A stretch of DNA of 64,000 nt from a virus: positions 20,842-84,841 of the IMG/VR virus record IMGVR_UViG_3300027782_006229. One strand, 5' to 3'. Shown here piece after piece: positions 38,027 through 45,330 of this stretch. The notes below the pieces were generated by a model. The model searched no databases. It was given only the letters and a program-made list of their open reading frames with translations, and had not been told where the DNA came from. The first letter of the stretch is position 1, and each line of letters opens with the position of its first letter. Made by a program: the position numbers and the translations under genes.

Positions 38027-38101
38027 TGGTGGCGCATCAGGCTTTTCACCCTTCCTCTGGCACCAGTGTGGCCAGCGTGCTTTACCTTACACTATTGCGC
38101 G
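38027..38101 (-). tRNA. tRNA-like RNA of undetermined identity (9-nt anticodon loop)
   Basis: D arm GTGT/GCAC, CTGGC-CACACTGGT-GCCAG, aberrant T arm, ACCA end. Confidence 0.6.
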
Positions 38102-38105
38102 GAAA

Positions 38106-38180
38106 TGGTACCTCATAGAAGATTCGAACTCCTACTTTTTCGTTCGTAGCGAAACGTGCTTTCCATTACACTAACGAGGC
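38106..38180 (-). tRNA. tRNA-Arg(ACG)
   Basis: Anticodon loop CTACGAA, CCA. Confidence 0.9.
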
Positions 38181-38188
38181 ATTTAAAA

Positions 38189-38264
38189 TGGCACCCGGTG
38201 TGGGAATCGAACCCACCCACTCAGATTTGGAGTCTAAGTCGCCAGCCTTGGAACATTACCGGAT
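38189..38264 (-). tRNA. tRNA-Trp(CCA)
   Basis: Anticodon loop CTCCAAA, G73, CCA. Confidence 0.88.
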
Positions 38265-38270
38265 ATAAAT

Positions 38271-38344
38271 TGGTCCTTCTGGCAGGAATTGAACCTGCGT
38301 CGCTGCCTTATCAAGACAGAGCTAAACCACTCAGCTACAGAAGG
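38271..38344 (-). tRNA. tRNA-Ile(GAU)
   Basis: Anticodon loop TTGATAA, CCA. Confidence 0.85.
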
Positions 38345-38352
38345 TTTGAAAT

Positions 38353-38427
38353 TTGCACCCCTAGTTGGATTTGCACCAACGTCTATGGTTTATCGGTCCA
38401 TTGCTAAAGCTGCTCAGCTACAGGGGC
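38353..38427 (-). tRNA. tRNA-Ile(GAU)-like, non-canonical, no encoded CCA
   Basis: Anticodon loop CCGATAA; T-loop TGCAAAT; ends in GCAA. Confidence 0.6.
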
Positions 38428-38435
38428 ATTTGAAA

Positions 38436-38515
38436 TTGTAGGATGGTTGCGAGGTTTTACCCGAAACGCCTCACCATCAGTCTTTCGGCCACACACTAGC
38501 ATTGCTGCTCTACAA
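38436..38515 (-). ncRNA. unassigned junction RNA candidate C
   Basis: TTGTAG/CTACAA closing helix, AGCA-GCAA-TGCT hairpin, GAAA-capped stem, GATGG..GAGG/CCTC..CCATC. Confidence 0.55.
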
Positions 38516-38518
38516 AAA

Positions 38519-38612
38519 TGGAGGAGAGCTGCGGTCCTGCCCCGCACACCTCTTTTTAGGAAGTGCGTGATGTTTAGCAAACATCCCTAGCGCCTTGTCT
38601 AGTTAACTCTCC
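38519..38612 (-). tRNA. tRNA-Ser(GCU), non-canonical T loop
   Basis: Anticodon loop TTGCTAA, long variable arm, T-loop GGCAGGA. Confidence 0.8.
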
Positions 38613-38703
38613 ATATGGGCCGGTCTTTGGTAAGTTTTCGCTATGCGAAGGTTTCTTTCTAAGTGCCTTTTTATCGGGTATGCTCCGGGCCGATCTTATA
38701 AAC

Positions 38704-38780
38704 TGGTCAGGATAGCGAGATTTGAACTCGCGCTTCTAGATCCCAAATCTAGTGTGCTACCAGGCTACAACTATATCCTG
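38704..38780 (-). tRNA. tRNA-Pro(UGG)
   Basis: Anticodon loop TTTGGGA, C1:G72, CCA. Confidence 0.9.
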
Positions 38781-38791
38781 TTGAAAATTAA

Positions 38792-38883
38792 TTAGGCTGA
38801 TGTGCTTATTCCGCTATCTATGCATCAATAATCAATATCTGGCTCCCACACACATCATAAATGGCCATTGACCTGCCGCCTAA
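38792..38883 (-). ncRNA. unassigned structured RNA candidate E
   Basis: TTAGGC/GCCTAA and TGATGTG/CACATCA helices. Confidence 0.45.
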
Positions 38884-38885
38884 AT

Positions 38886-38962
38886 TGGTCAGGATAGTTG
38901 GATTCGAACCAACGACCACTCACTTCCAAGGCGAGTGCGCTACCAGACTGCGCTATATCCTG
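38886..38962 (-). tRNA. tRNA-Pro(UGG), second copy
   Basis: Anticodon loop CTTGGAA, CCA. Confidence 0.92.
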
Positions 38963-38969
38963 TTGAAAT

Positions 38970-39044
38970 TGGTGCGGTGTGAGGGAATCGAACCCTCTCC
39001 TTCTGATTGGAAGTCAGGTGTGCAGCCATTAACATTTACACCGC
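38970..39044 (-). tRNA. tRNA-Gly(UCC)
   Basis: Anticodon loop CTTCCAA, CCA. Confidence 0.9.
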
Positions 39045-39053
39045 TTTTGAAAT

Positions 39054-39137
39054 TGGAGCTGGATGTGAGATTCGAACTCACGAAGCTATCGCAATGGTTT
39101 ACAAAACCATCCCCTTTGGCCACTTGGGTAATCCAGC
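39054..39137 (-). tRNA. tRNA-Thr(UGU) with extended variable arm
   Basis: ATGGT-TTTGTAA-ACCAT; 12-nt variable region; Tyr-like D arm. Confidence 0.82.
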
Positions 39138-39145
39138 ATAAAAAT

Positions 39146-39219
39146 TGGAGCGTTATATGGGATTCGAGCCCATTCAATAACCTTGGCAAGGTCATATGCA
39201 GCCATCACATCCATAACGC
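39146..39219 (-). tRNA. tRNA-Gly(GCC)
   Basis: Anticodon loop TTGCCAA, U73, CCA. Confidence 0.88.
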
Positions 39220-39220
39220 A

Positions 39221-39312
39221 TGGAGGAAGAAGTGAGATTCGAACTCACGGAGGTTTTTAGGCCTCAACGCATTTCAAGTGCGCCGCCTTAAACCAGGCTC
39301 AGCCATTCTTCC
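39221..39312 (-). tRNA. tRNA-Ser(UGA)
   Basis: Anticodon loop CTTGAAA, long variable arm, CCA. Confidence 0.9.
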
Positions 39313-39318
39313 ATAAAT

Positions 39319-39385
39319 TGGACGGTGTTTTCTTTTACTTCAGATCACCGAAAGTCTGAACTTCAGAGGTCGGGTAGAAGCCGAC
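39319..39385 (-). ncRNA. pseudoknotted RNA candidate F ending in CCA
   Basis: GTCGG/CCGAC hairpin; TTCAGA/TCTGAA stem whose loop CGGTG pairs with 3' CACCG-TCCA. Confidence 0.55.
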
Positions 39386-39390
39386 ATAAA

Positions 39391-39478
39391 TGGTGGGGTA
39401 GGTTGGATTCGAACCAACTCAGCCGCAGAGGCTACAGATTTACAGTCTGTCCTGACTCTCCAACTTCAGCGCTACCCC
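39391..39478 (-). tRNA. tRNA-Tyr(GUA)
   Basis: Anticodon loop CTGTAAA, variable arm, CCA. Confidence 0.92.
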
Positions 39479-39483
39479 ATAAA

Positions 39484-39559
39484 TGGTCCCTGTGTAAGGA
39501 ATCGAACCTTACCGTCTCACTCTTCAGGCGAGCGCAATCTCCAGATTTGCTTCACAGGG
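39484..39559 (-). tRNA. tRNA-Phe(GAA)
   Basis: Anticodon loop CTGAAGA, CCA. Confidence 0.88.
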
Positions 39560-39576
39560 TTAAAATAGATAGTTTT

Positions 39577-39713
39577 TGGTGGCTACACCAGGCAACTTCA
39601 CGATATCGTTACAAACCCATATGCTATTTTTCTTTATTATTAATCACTGTAGACTTTCATCTCCGTCGCATTCTGCGAGCTCTTGGGCTATTTTGGTTAT
39701 CCCTCGTCGTGAA
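39577..39713 (-). ncRNA. unassigned structured RNA candidate G at head of array
   Basis: TTCACGA/TCGTGAA closing helix, TCGCA-GAA-TGCGA hairpin, 3' TGGTG-TAGC-CACCA. Confidence 0.45.
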
Positions 39714-39732
39714 CCTTATTTATTATTCTAAT

Positions 39733-39760
39733 ATTATAATCTATTTCCTTTATCTCAACT
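39733..39760 (-). promoter_or_regulatory. early promoter driving tRNA array
   Basis: AGTTGAGATAAAGGAAATAGATTATAAT. Confidence 0.65.
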
Positions 39761-40003
39761 ATCTTTTTTAATTATTATCTTAAAATCGATTGAGGCATCG
39801 GAATAGACCAATCATATCCCTCGCAACCTTTACTAAAGGCGCGCTGTTTGAGATATGTTAGATTTTGGTTCATCTGAAATTATTTATATCAGACGGCCTA
39901 ATTATCCACATCAAAAATGCACTTTTTAGTAAATTTGTGAAGTTGTATTAAATTAATTGTATTACTACTTTCATTCTTTACACCTTTATTATAACGACTT
40001 TCC

Positions 40004-40546
40004 TTATGATATTTTCTGATACCAACAAGGTTGTTTTCTCTTTGTCCAAGTTGCAAAATCTTTATCGTGTATAATATATTGCTTATATTGATCAATAACA
40101 GATAGCTTATCAAAACCTTTAGTTTGACGGCATTTACTATCCTTACTAATTGCAACCGTAAATGGTGTTAAACCACGTTGCTCAACAATAGTATGATTTC
40201 GATTTTGATCACACCATTTTAAAAATATTGAACTAAAATGTTCTGGGCTACCAACCCATCTAAAATTACGTTCATCAACCATCGCAAGAGCATGGTCAAG
40301 TAACCACTCAAAATTTGCTTGAGATTCAATCGTCCAAAGAGTACATTGATGCTTTGCATAACCTTTACCTCTACGACGTACTGACCCAGCTTTAGTTCTA
40401 GGACATGTCTCATGAGACAACGAGTCCTGCGAAAATGCGTTTTGAAGCATAATGCAGGACTCAATAATCATTTTAGATCTTGCATGTTGATCGCAAAGAT
40501 TGATTGCAGATACAACAGGATCTTTATCAGTTACAAAAATATTCAT
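40004..40546 (-). CDS. pyrimidine-dimer DNA glycosylase (DenV-like)
   Basis: MNIFVTD.DP..SA..LCDQH..KMI.ES..ML, H.CT.W and WTKR..P.W motifs. Confidence 0.75.
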   Translation of the reverse strand: MNIFVTDKDPVVSAINLCDQHARSKMIIESCIMLQNAFSQDSLSHETCPRTKAGSVRRRGKGYAKHQCTLWTIESQANFEWLLDHALAMVDERNFRWVGSPEHFSSIFLKWCDQNRNHTIVEQRGLTPFTVAISKDSKCRQTKGFDKLSVIDQYKQYIIHDKDFATWTKRKQPCWYQKIS

Positions 40547-40567
40547 AACTGAATTATATTTTATTTC

Positions 40568-41179
40568 CTAAACCAAAGATCTACTACCTTGAGCAAATTC
40601 AATAAATTTATAAAATTCATTTCTACTATTATCACCCGTCTCATGGAATGAACCAGACATACGAGCTGTACGCATAGTTGAATTTTGTTTAATACCTCTC
40701 AAAGAACAACAAGTATGATTTGCTTCAACCATAATTGCAACACCTTTATTATTAATACATAAATCACTAATATATTTGTGAATACTCATCGTTAAATTTT
40801 CTTGTACAGAAGGTCTGCGTGAAAAATAATCAACAATACGATTTAGTTTAGATAAACCAATTACTTTACCATCTGGATCTGGTAGATAAGCTACGTGAGC
40901 ATATCCAAAGAAAGGTAAGTTATGATGTGCACACATACTCACAACAGGTATATTAGTTTGACATACCATACCATCATATTGACCATCATTAGTAAATGCA
41001 GTAATTTTAGGTTCATCCATAAAGCAACCTGCTGCTAGATCGTTAACCCATGCTTTAGTAACTCGACGAGGTGTATCTTCCATATGCGGATGATTTTGCC
41101 AATCGAAGCCAAGTGCACTTAGAAATTGACCGTAAGCTTGCTCTGCTTGTTTAATATCATATTTTTGACTCATATTCAC
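40568..41179 (-). CDS. folE: GTP cyclohydrolase I
   Basis: DTPRRV, SMCAHHNLPF, GLSKLNR, QE and HTCCSLRG motifs. Confidence 0.95.
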   Translation of the reverse strand: MNMSQKYDIKQAEQAYGQFLSALGFDWQNHPHMEDTPRRVTKAWVNDLAAGCFMDEPKITAFTNDGQYDGMVCQTNIPVVSMCAHHNLPFFGYAHVAYLPDPDGKVIGLSKLNRIVDYFSRRPSVQENLTMSIHKYISDLCINNKGVAIMVEANHTCCSLRGIKQNSTMRTARMSGSFHETGDNSRNEFYKFIEFAQGSRSLV

Positions 41180-41327
41180 TATATTATGGCTTATTAATTA
41201 CAATATTCAAGATAAAAATAATAAAAAAATAGTCAGTTGATTTTTGATCTCATACCATATTAAATAAAGTCATAACATCTAATAAAAAAAAAGTTGAAAA
41301 GATAAAAATACCAGCTATAATAAATGT

Positions 41328-42002
41328 ATGAGTAGCAGTATATATTCTTCAACAAAATTAATTAGTCTTGGTTCTTGTGCATTCCGTCAGTGGAGAGCAA
41401 CACATAGTCATTGTTCAAAAATTCATGGTTATGAATTAAAAGCAAAGTTTAATTTCGCAGGTCCATTTTTAGATGGTCGTAATTGGATTATTGACTTTGG
41501 TGAACTTGATGAGATTAAAAATACATTAAATGGTATCTTTGATCATACTCTTTGTGTAGCAGCAGATGATCCTCATCTAGAAGATTTTAAAGCCCTTAAT
41601 GAAAAAGGTATTGTTGATCTTCGTATTTTCGAAAGAGGTGTTGGTGCTGAAAGAGTTGCTGAAATTTGCTTCGAAGTTGCAACTAATTATTTAAAATCAA
41701 AATATGGTGAACTACGTTGGGTTGAAAAAGTTGAAGTATTTGAACATGATAGAAACTCAGCAATTTATTCTAATCCTCGTTATGTAGATAATTCAATTTT
41801 TACACCAACTACAGAAGATGCTGAAGCTATTGTAAAAACATATCTTGAAAATGAAGCTAAAAAAGCACAGCAACATGTAGAACAACAGGTAGCTGAAGTA
41901 GAAAAAGAACAGGTAGCTACAGAAAGTAATGCAGCTCCAGTAGGTAAGCGAGCAACTAGTGGTAATTACTCAGGATTATTTGCTGGAACGAGGTGGGGAT
42001 GA
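41328..42002 (+). CDS. queD: 6-carboxy-tetrahydropterin synthase
   Basis: HC..IHGY, WIIDFG, FDH and GAE motifs. Confidence 0.88.
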   Translation: MSSSIYSSTKLISLGSCAFRQWRATHSHCSKIHGYELKAKFNFAGPFLDGRNWIIDFGELDEIKNTLNGIFDHTLCVAADDPHLEDFKALNEKGIVDLRIFERGVGAERVAEICFEVATNYLKSKYGELRWVEKVEVFEHDRNSAIYSNPRYVDNSIFTPTTEDAEAIVKTYLENEAKKAQQHVEQQVAEVEKEQVATESNAAPVGKRATSGNYSGLFAGTRWG

Positions 42003-42742
42003 TATTTAGGTATACCTTCTAATACTTTAACAATATGTTTTAGTATTTCAGAACGTACAATTTCGTTTATACCAAACTTTAAGCAATAGATCTCATTATC
42101 TTTACTAAATGGTGTATTGAATGCGTTGAGCACATCTCTAAATCCAGAATTTCTAATATCTGTTTGAAATGTGTCACCAACGATTACGTACTTGGATTTA
42201 TGTCCAAATCTAGTAAGAATGGTAGTTAGTTCTTCTTTACTTAAATTTTGTGATTCATCAACGATTACAAGAGATCGATTAAAGGTAAGACCACGACAAT
42301 AGTTAACAGGTATACCTTTAATCATCTCACTTTTATAGAGGTTATCAGCTGTAGATTTGCTGCTAATTTCTGTAATTTTTTCAATTAGTGGCATTGACCA
42401 CGGTAAAAATTTATCATTTACTTCACCAGGAAGTGATCCCATCTGCTTTGATGCAGATTCTACAATTGATCTGATATAAAAAATTTGATCAATATAATGT
42501 TCTTTTAAAAGATGTAAACCAGCTAAGACAGCAATATATGTCTTAGCTGTACCTGCAGGTCCGTCTACAAATACCATTTTCGTTTTATTTGTCTGTAATA
42601 ACTGCAAAAACTCTTTATGTTTATCATTAAACTGGAACGGTGTTTTTATCTCATAATTTAGTACAGCATTTTTATTAATGTTTTCATAAATTTCTGCAAC
42701 TAACTCAGGATTTTCATCCCGACGTCGAGGTTTTTTGGTCAT
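41966..42742 (-). CDS. phoH: PhoH-like ATPase
   Basis: GPAGTAKT, LPG, RGLTF, DESQN and GD..Q.D motifs; TAAATA upstream. Confidence 0.92.
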   Translation of the reverse strand: MTKKPRRRDENPELVAEIYENINKNAVLNYEIKTPFQFNDKHKEFLQLLQTNKTKMVFVDGPAGTAKTYIAVLAGLHLLKEHYIDQIFYIRSIVESASKQMGSLPGEVNDKFLPWSMPLIEKITEISSKSTADNLYKSEMIKGIPVNYCRGLTFNRSLVIVDESQNLSKEELTTILTRFGHKSKYVIVGDTFQTDIRNSGFRDVLNAFNTPFSKDNEIYCLKFGINEIVRSEILKHIVKVLEGIPKYHPHLVPANNPE

Positions 42743-42808
42743 ACAAATATTTAGAGTATTTTACAGTAAAAATGTTGAGTTTTTGAAAGTGTCAATTATA
42801 ATATAAAT

Positions 42809-43567
42809 ATGGATTTAGAAAACGAAACTATATTTTTATCTGACGATAAATTGTTTTATACTTTAGAGGGAGAAGGTGAATACATTGGGCAGCCTTCTGT
42901 GTTTATGAGAATGTCGATGTGTAACTTAACTTGCAAAGGTTTTGCATCAGAAAGCTCACCTCATGGTTGTGATTCATATGTCTCATGGTCAGTAAAAAAT
43001 AAAATGTCATTCAAAGATATTTGGGAAGAATTTTTTGTTAATCAAAATTTTGCAGATAGACTTAGGAATGGTGCAATTTTAAAATTAACTGGAGGTGAAC
43101 CTCTTATTCAAGAAAAACAATTAATTAAATTTGTTGAGTACTTAGTAGAAAAACTCGGTATGTGTCCACTTATTGATTTTGAAACTAATGCAACATTAAT
43201 TCCAGATCCAATATGGAAAGATATATTTGATGCTACATTCACCACATCACCTAAACTTAGACATAATGGTGATCCTGAAGATAAAACTTATAAGCCAGAA
43301 GTATTGAGATGGCATGCAGTTCATGGATCTGGATTTAAATTTGTTGTTTCTTCTGATAAAGATATTGAAGAAATTTGGAGTAAATATGTTAAAGATGATA
43401 AAGGTATTAATGTGTTAACATCACGAATTTGGTTTATGCCTTGTTGTGGTTCTCGGCAAGAACATATTGAGAAAGCCCCAGCAGTTGCAGAATATGCAAA
43501 AGCAATGAACGTTAATTTTAGTCCACGACTTCATTTGTTGGTTTGGGATCGTGCACTAAAAGTTTAA
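42809..43567 (+). CDS. queE: 7-carboxy-7-deazaguanine synthase (radical SAM)
   Basis: EGEG, CNLTC...CDS, TGGEP, ETN, SPK and RLH motifs. Confidence 0.92.
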   Translation: MDLENETIFLSDDKLFYTLEGEGEYIGQPSVFMRMSMCNLTCKGFASESSPHGCDSYVSWSVKNKMSFKDIWEEFFVNQNFADRLRNGAILKLTGGEPLIQEKQLIKFVEYLVEKLGMCPLIDFETNATLIPDPIWKDIFDATFTTSPKLRHNGDPEDKTYKPEVLRWHAVHGSGFKFVVSSDKDIEEIWSKYVKDDKGINVLTSRIWFMPCCGSRQEHIEKAPAVAEYAKAMNVNFSPRLHLLVWDRALKV

Positions 43568-43570
43568 TAT

Positions 43571-44191
43571 ATGTATCTAAATCATAATATACCAACCATA
43601 ACATGCTATATTCGTAATGAATATATGTTTAATCATTTAACAGGTCATAATGATTTTACATTATGTGATGTGCATAGCGTTGCTTCAATTGAAAAACGAG
43701 TACCACTTTTTGAAGCATTTTTAGAAAATGGTGTTAATTGGACTCGTAGACCTATCACTGCATTTTGCTGGAAAAAAGATGCTCCAGTTCGACCACTTAA
43801 CGAACATATGTATTGGGATTGTTTTTCTCCATATGTTGATGTGCAAGTAAGACATAGACTTGCTGGTCTCAGAGCTGAATTGATAACCTATAAGCAAAAA
43901 AAGTTAGAAGGTACATATATGTTTACTTTGGATTGGTCTTGGGAAAATAAAGCTAATACAGACTTTAATTTTTCTGAAACACCAGAGCATAAATGTGCTC
44001 ATGTTTTTAAAATGGATGAAGGTAATTTTTTTGCATACCCAAACAATAGGATAATTTGGTATGATGATGCTTGGATTAAAAATCGCATTGAAAAAAATCC
44101 TGGATATATTATTGATACGAATATATATTCTGTAGAGAATAATCGCAAAATACAAACGTCTGATCACTACATTTACAATATAACTAAATAA
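43571..44191 (+). CDS. conserved hypothetical phage protein
   Basis: WDCFS, EHKCAH and YPNNRI motifs. Confidence 0.7.
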   Translation: MYLNHNIPTITCYIRNEYMFNHLTGHNDFTLCDVHSVASIEKRVPLFEAFLENGVNWTRRPITAFCWKKDAPVRPLNEHMYWDCFSPYVDVQVRHRLAGLRAELITYKQKKLEGTYMFTLDWSWENKANTDFNFSETPEHKCAHVFKMDEGNFFAYPNNRIIWYDDAWIKNRIEKNPGYIIDTNIYSVENNRKIQTSDHYIYNITK

Positions 44192-44194
44192 CAA

Positions 44195-44551
44195 ATGAAA
44201 ATAACCCCATTTTTAGTAATCTTAAATCAGATTAAAATCTTTCACTGGCAGACTCGTAGTTATGCTGAACATAAAGCTTTAGGTGAAGCTTATGAATCCT
44301 TAGATGGTTTATTTGATAAACTAATTGAAACATATTACGGCAAATACGGTAGACCTACAGATCAGATAGAGTATAAATTTAAAGCTTTCACATACAAGCC
44401 TGAGCTTGCAACTACAATTAAAGACTATAGAGACCAACTAATGTCTGAACTTTCTGATGCTCTTACTGAACAAGATAACGATTTGCTCAATTTAAAGGAT
44501 GAAATTGAGGGTGAATTTAATCATTTACTTTATTTGTTAACACTCAAATAA
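44195..44551 (+). CDS. ferritin/Dps-like four-helix protein (DUF5856-like)
   Basis: HWQT.SYAEHKAL...Y, D.LIE and YLLTLK motifs. Confidence 0.75.
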   Translation: MKITPFLVILNQIKIFHWQTRSYAEHKALGEAYESLDGLFDKLIETYYGKYGRPTDQIEYKFKAFTYKPELATTIKDYRDQLMSELSDALTEQDNDLLNLKDEIEGEFNHLLYLLTLK

Positions 44552-44590
44552 ACGGTATTGAATTTTTAACTGACACTATTATATAAGATT

Positions 44591-45328
44591 ATGCGTATCG
44601 CGTTTTCCGGAGCTCAAAACACAGGTAAGTCAACTTTAGTAAAAGACTTTTTAACATGTTGGCCACAATATAAAACTTTAGATAAAGGTTATAGAGATGT
44701 AATTAAAGAGAATAAACTTACCCATTCTTCAAACACAACTCAAGAAACCCAACGTATAATCCGTGATTGGATGTATGGTGAGATCAAGAAAAATAAACAA
44801 GGTGATAAAATTGTTTATGATCGCTGTCTCTTAGATAATCTTGTATATACTCTTTGGGCATATAGACATCACCCTGGTTCTATTGAAGGTAAGTTTGTCG
44901 ATGAAACTATTGATATGGTAAAAGAGTCGATGAGAAATATCGATATTATCTTTTATATACCTGCTGATAAATGTGATTTTGGTATCGTTGATGATGAATT
45001 TAGAGATGTAAGTATCATCTATAGGGATCAAATTGATCAAATATTTAAAGGTATTATTGATCAATTTAAAACTAATTTTGATGCTGATGTATTTTGGCCT
45101 AAAAATGATTCACCTTGTGTTATTGATGTTTATGGTTCAAGAGAAAACAGACTTTTAACTATTGGAGATTACGTTAGTGAAAGCGGTGATCCTTACGGTG
45201 AAGAGCATAGTATCTTTAGTAGTGAACAGTTAGAGATTATGGAGCAATTACTCAAAGATCAAAAAGAGCAAAAAACTCACGATGATGAAATTATTAAGCT
45301 AACTGACGAGATTAAAAAAACAAAGTAA
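44591..45328 (+). CDS. P-loop nucleotide kinase (AAA_28/dNMP-kinase-like)
   Basis: SGAQNTGKST, DRCLLD and DD.FRD motifs. Confidence 0.75.
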   Translation: MRIAFSGAQNTGKSTLVKDFLTCWPQYKTLDKGYRDVIKENKLTHSSNTTQETQRIIRDWMYGEIKKNKQGDKIVYDRCLLDNLVYTLWAYRHHPGSIEGKFVDETIDMVKESMRNIDIIFYIPADKCDFGIVDDEFRDVSIIYRDQIDQIFKGIIDQFKTNFDADVFWPKNDSPCVIDVYGSRENRLLTIGDYVSESGDPYGEEHSIFSSEQLEIMEQLLKDQKEQKTHDDEIIKLTDEIKKTK

Positions 45329-45330
45329 TA

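Noticed and set aside
39319-39360. preQ1-I riboswitch
   Set aside because: A pseudoknot with an A-rich linker is present, but the loop consensus does not match and no downstream CDS is controlled
35800-39560. CRISPR-like periodicity from recurring TTGAAATTGG
   Set aside because: These are tRNA CCA ends plus trailers; the spacers are tRNAs and there are no cas genes
39577-39713. tmRNA (3' CCACCA)
   Set aside because: No T arm, no GGGG 5' acceptor strand with G3:U70, and no tag reading frame
35550-39771. ORF-track entries overlapping tRNAs (35869, 36375, 36401, 37248, 38156, 38861, 38953, 39325)
   Set aside because: Spurious frames across tRNA and ncRNA genes
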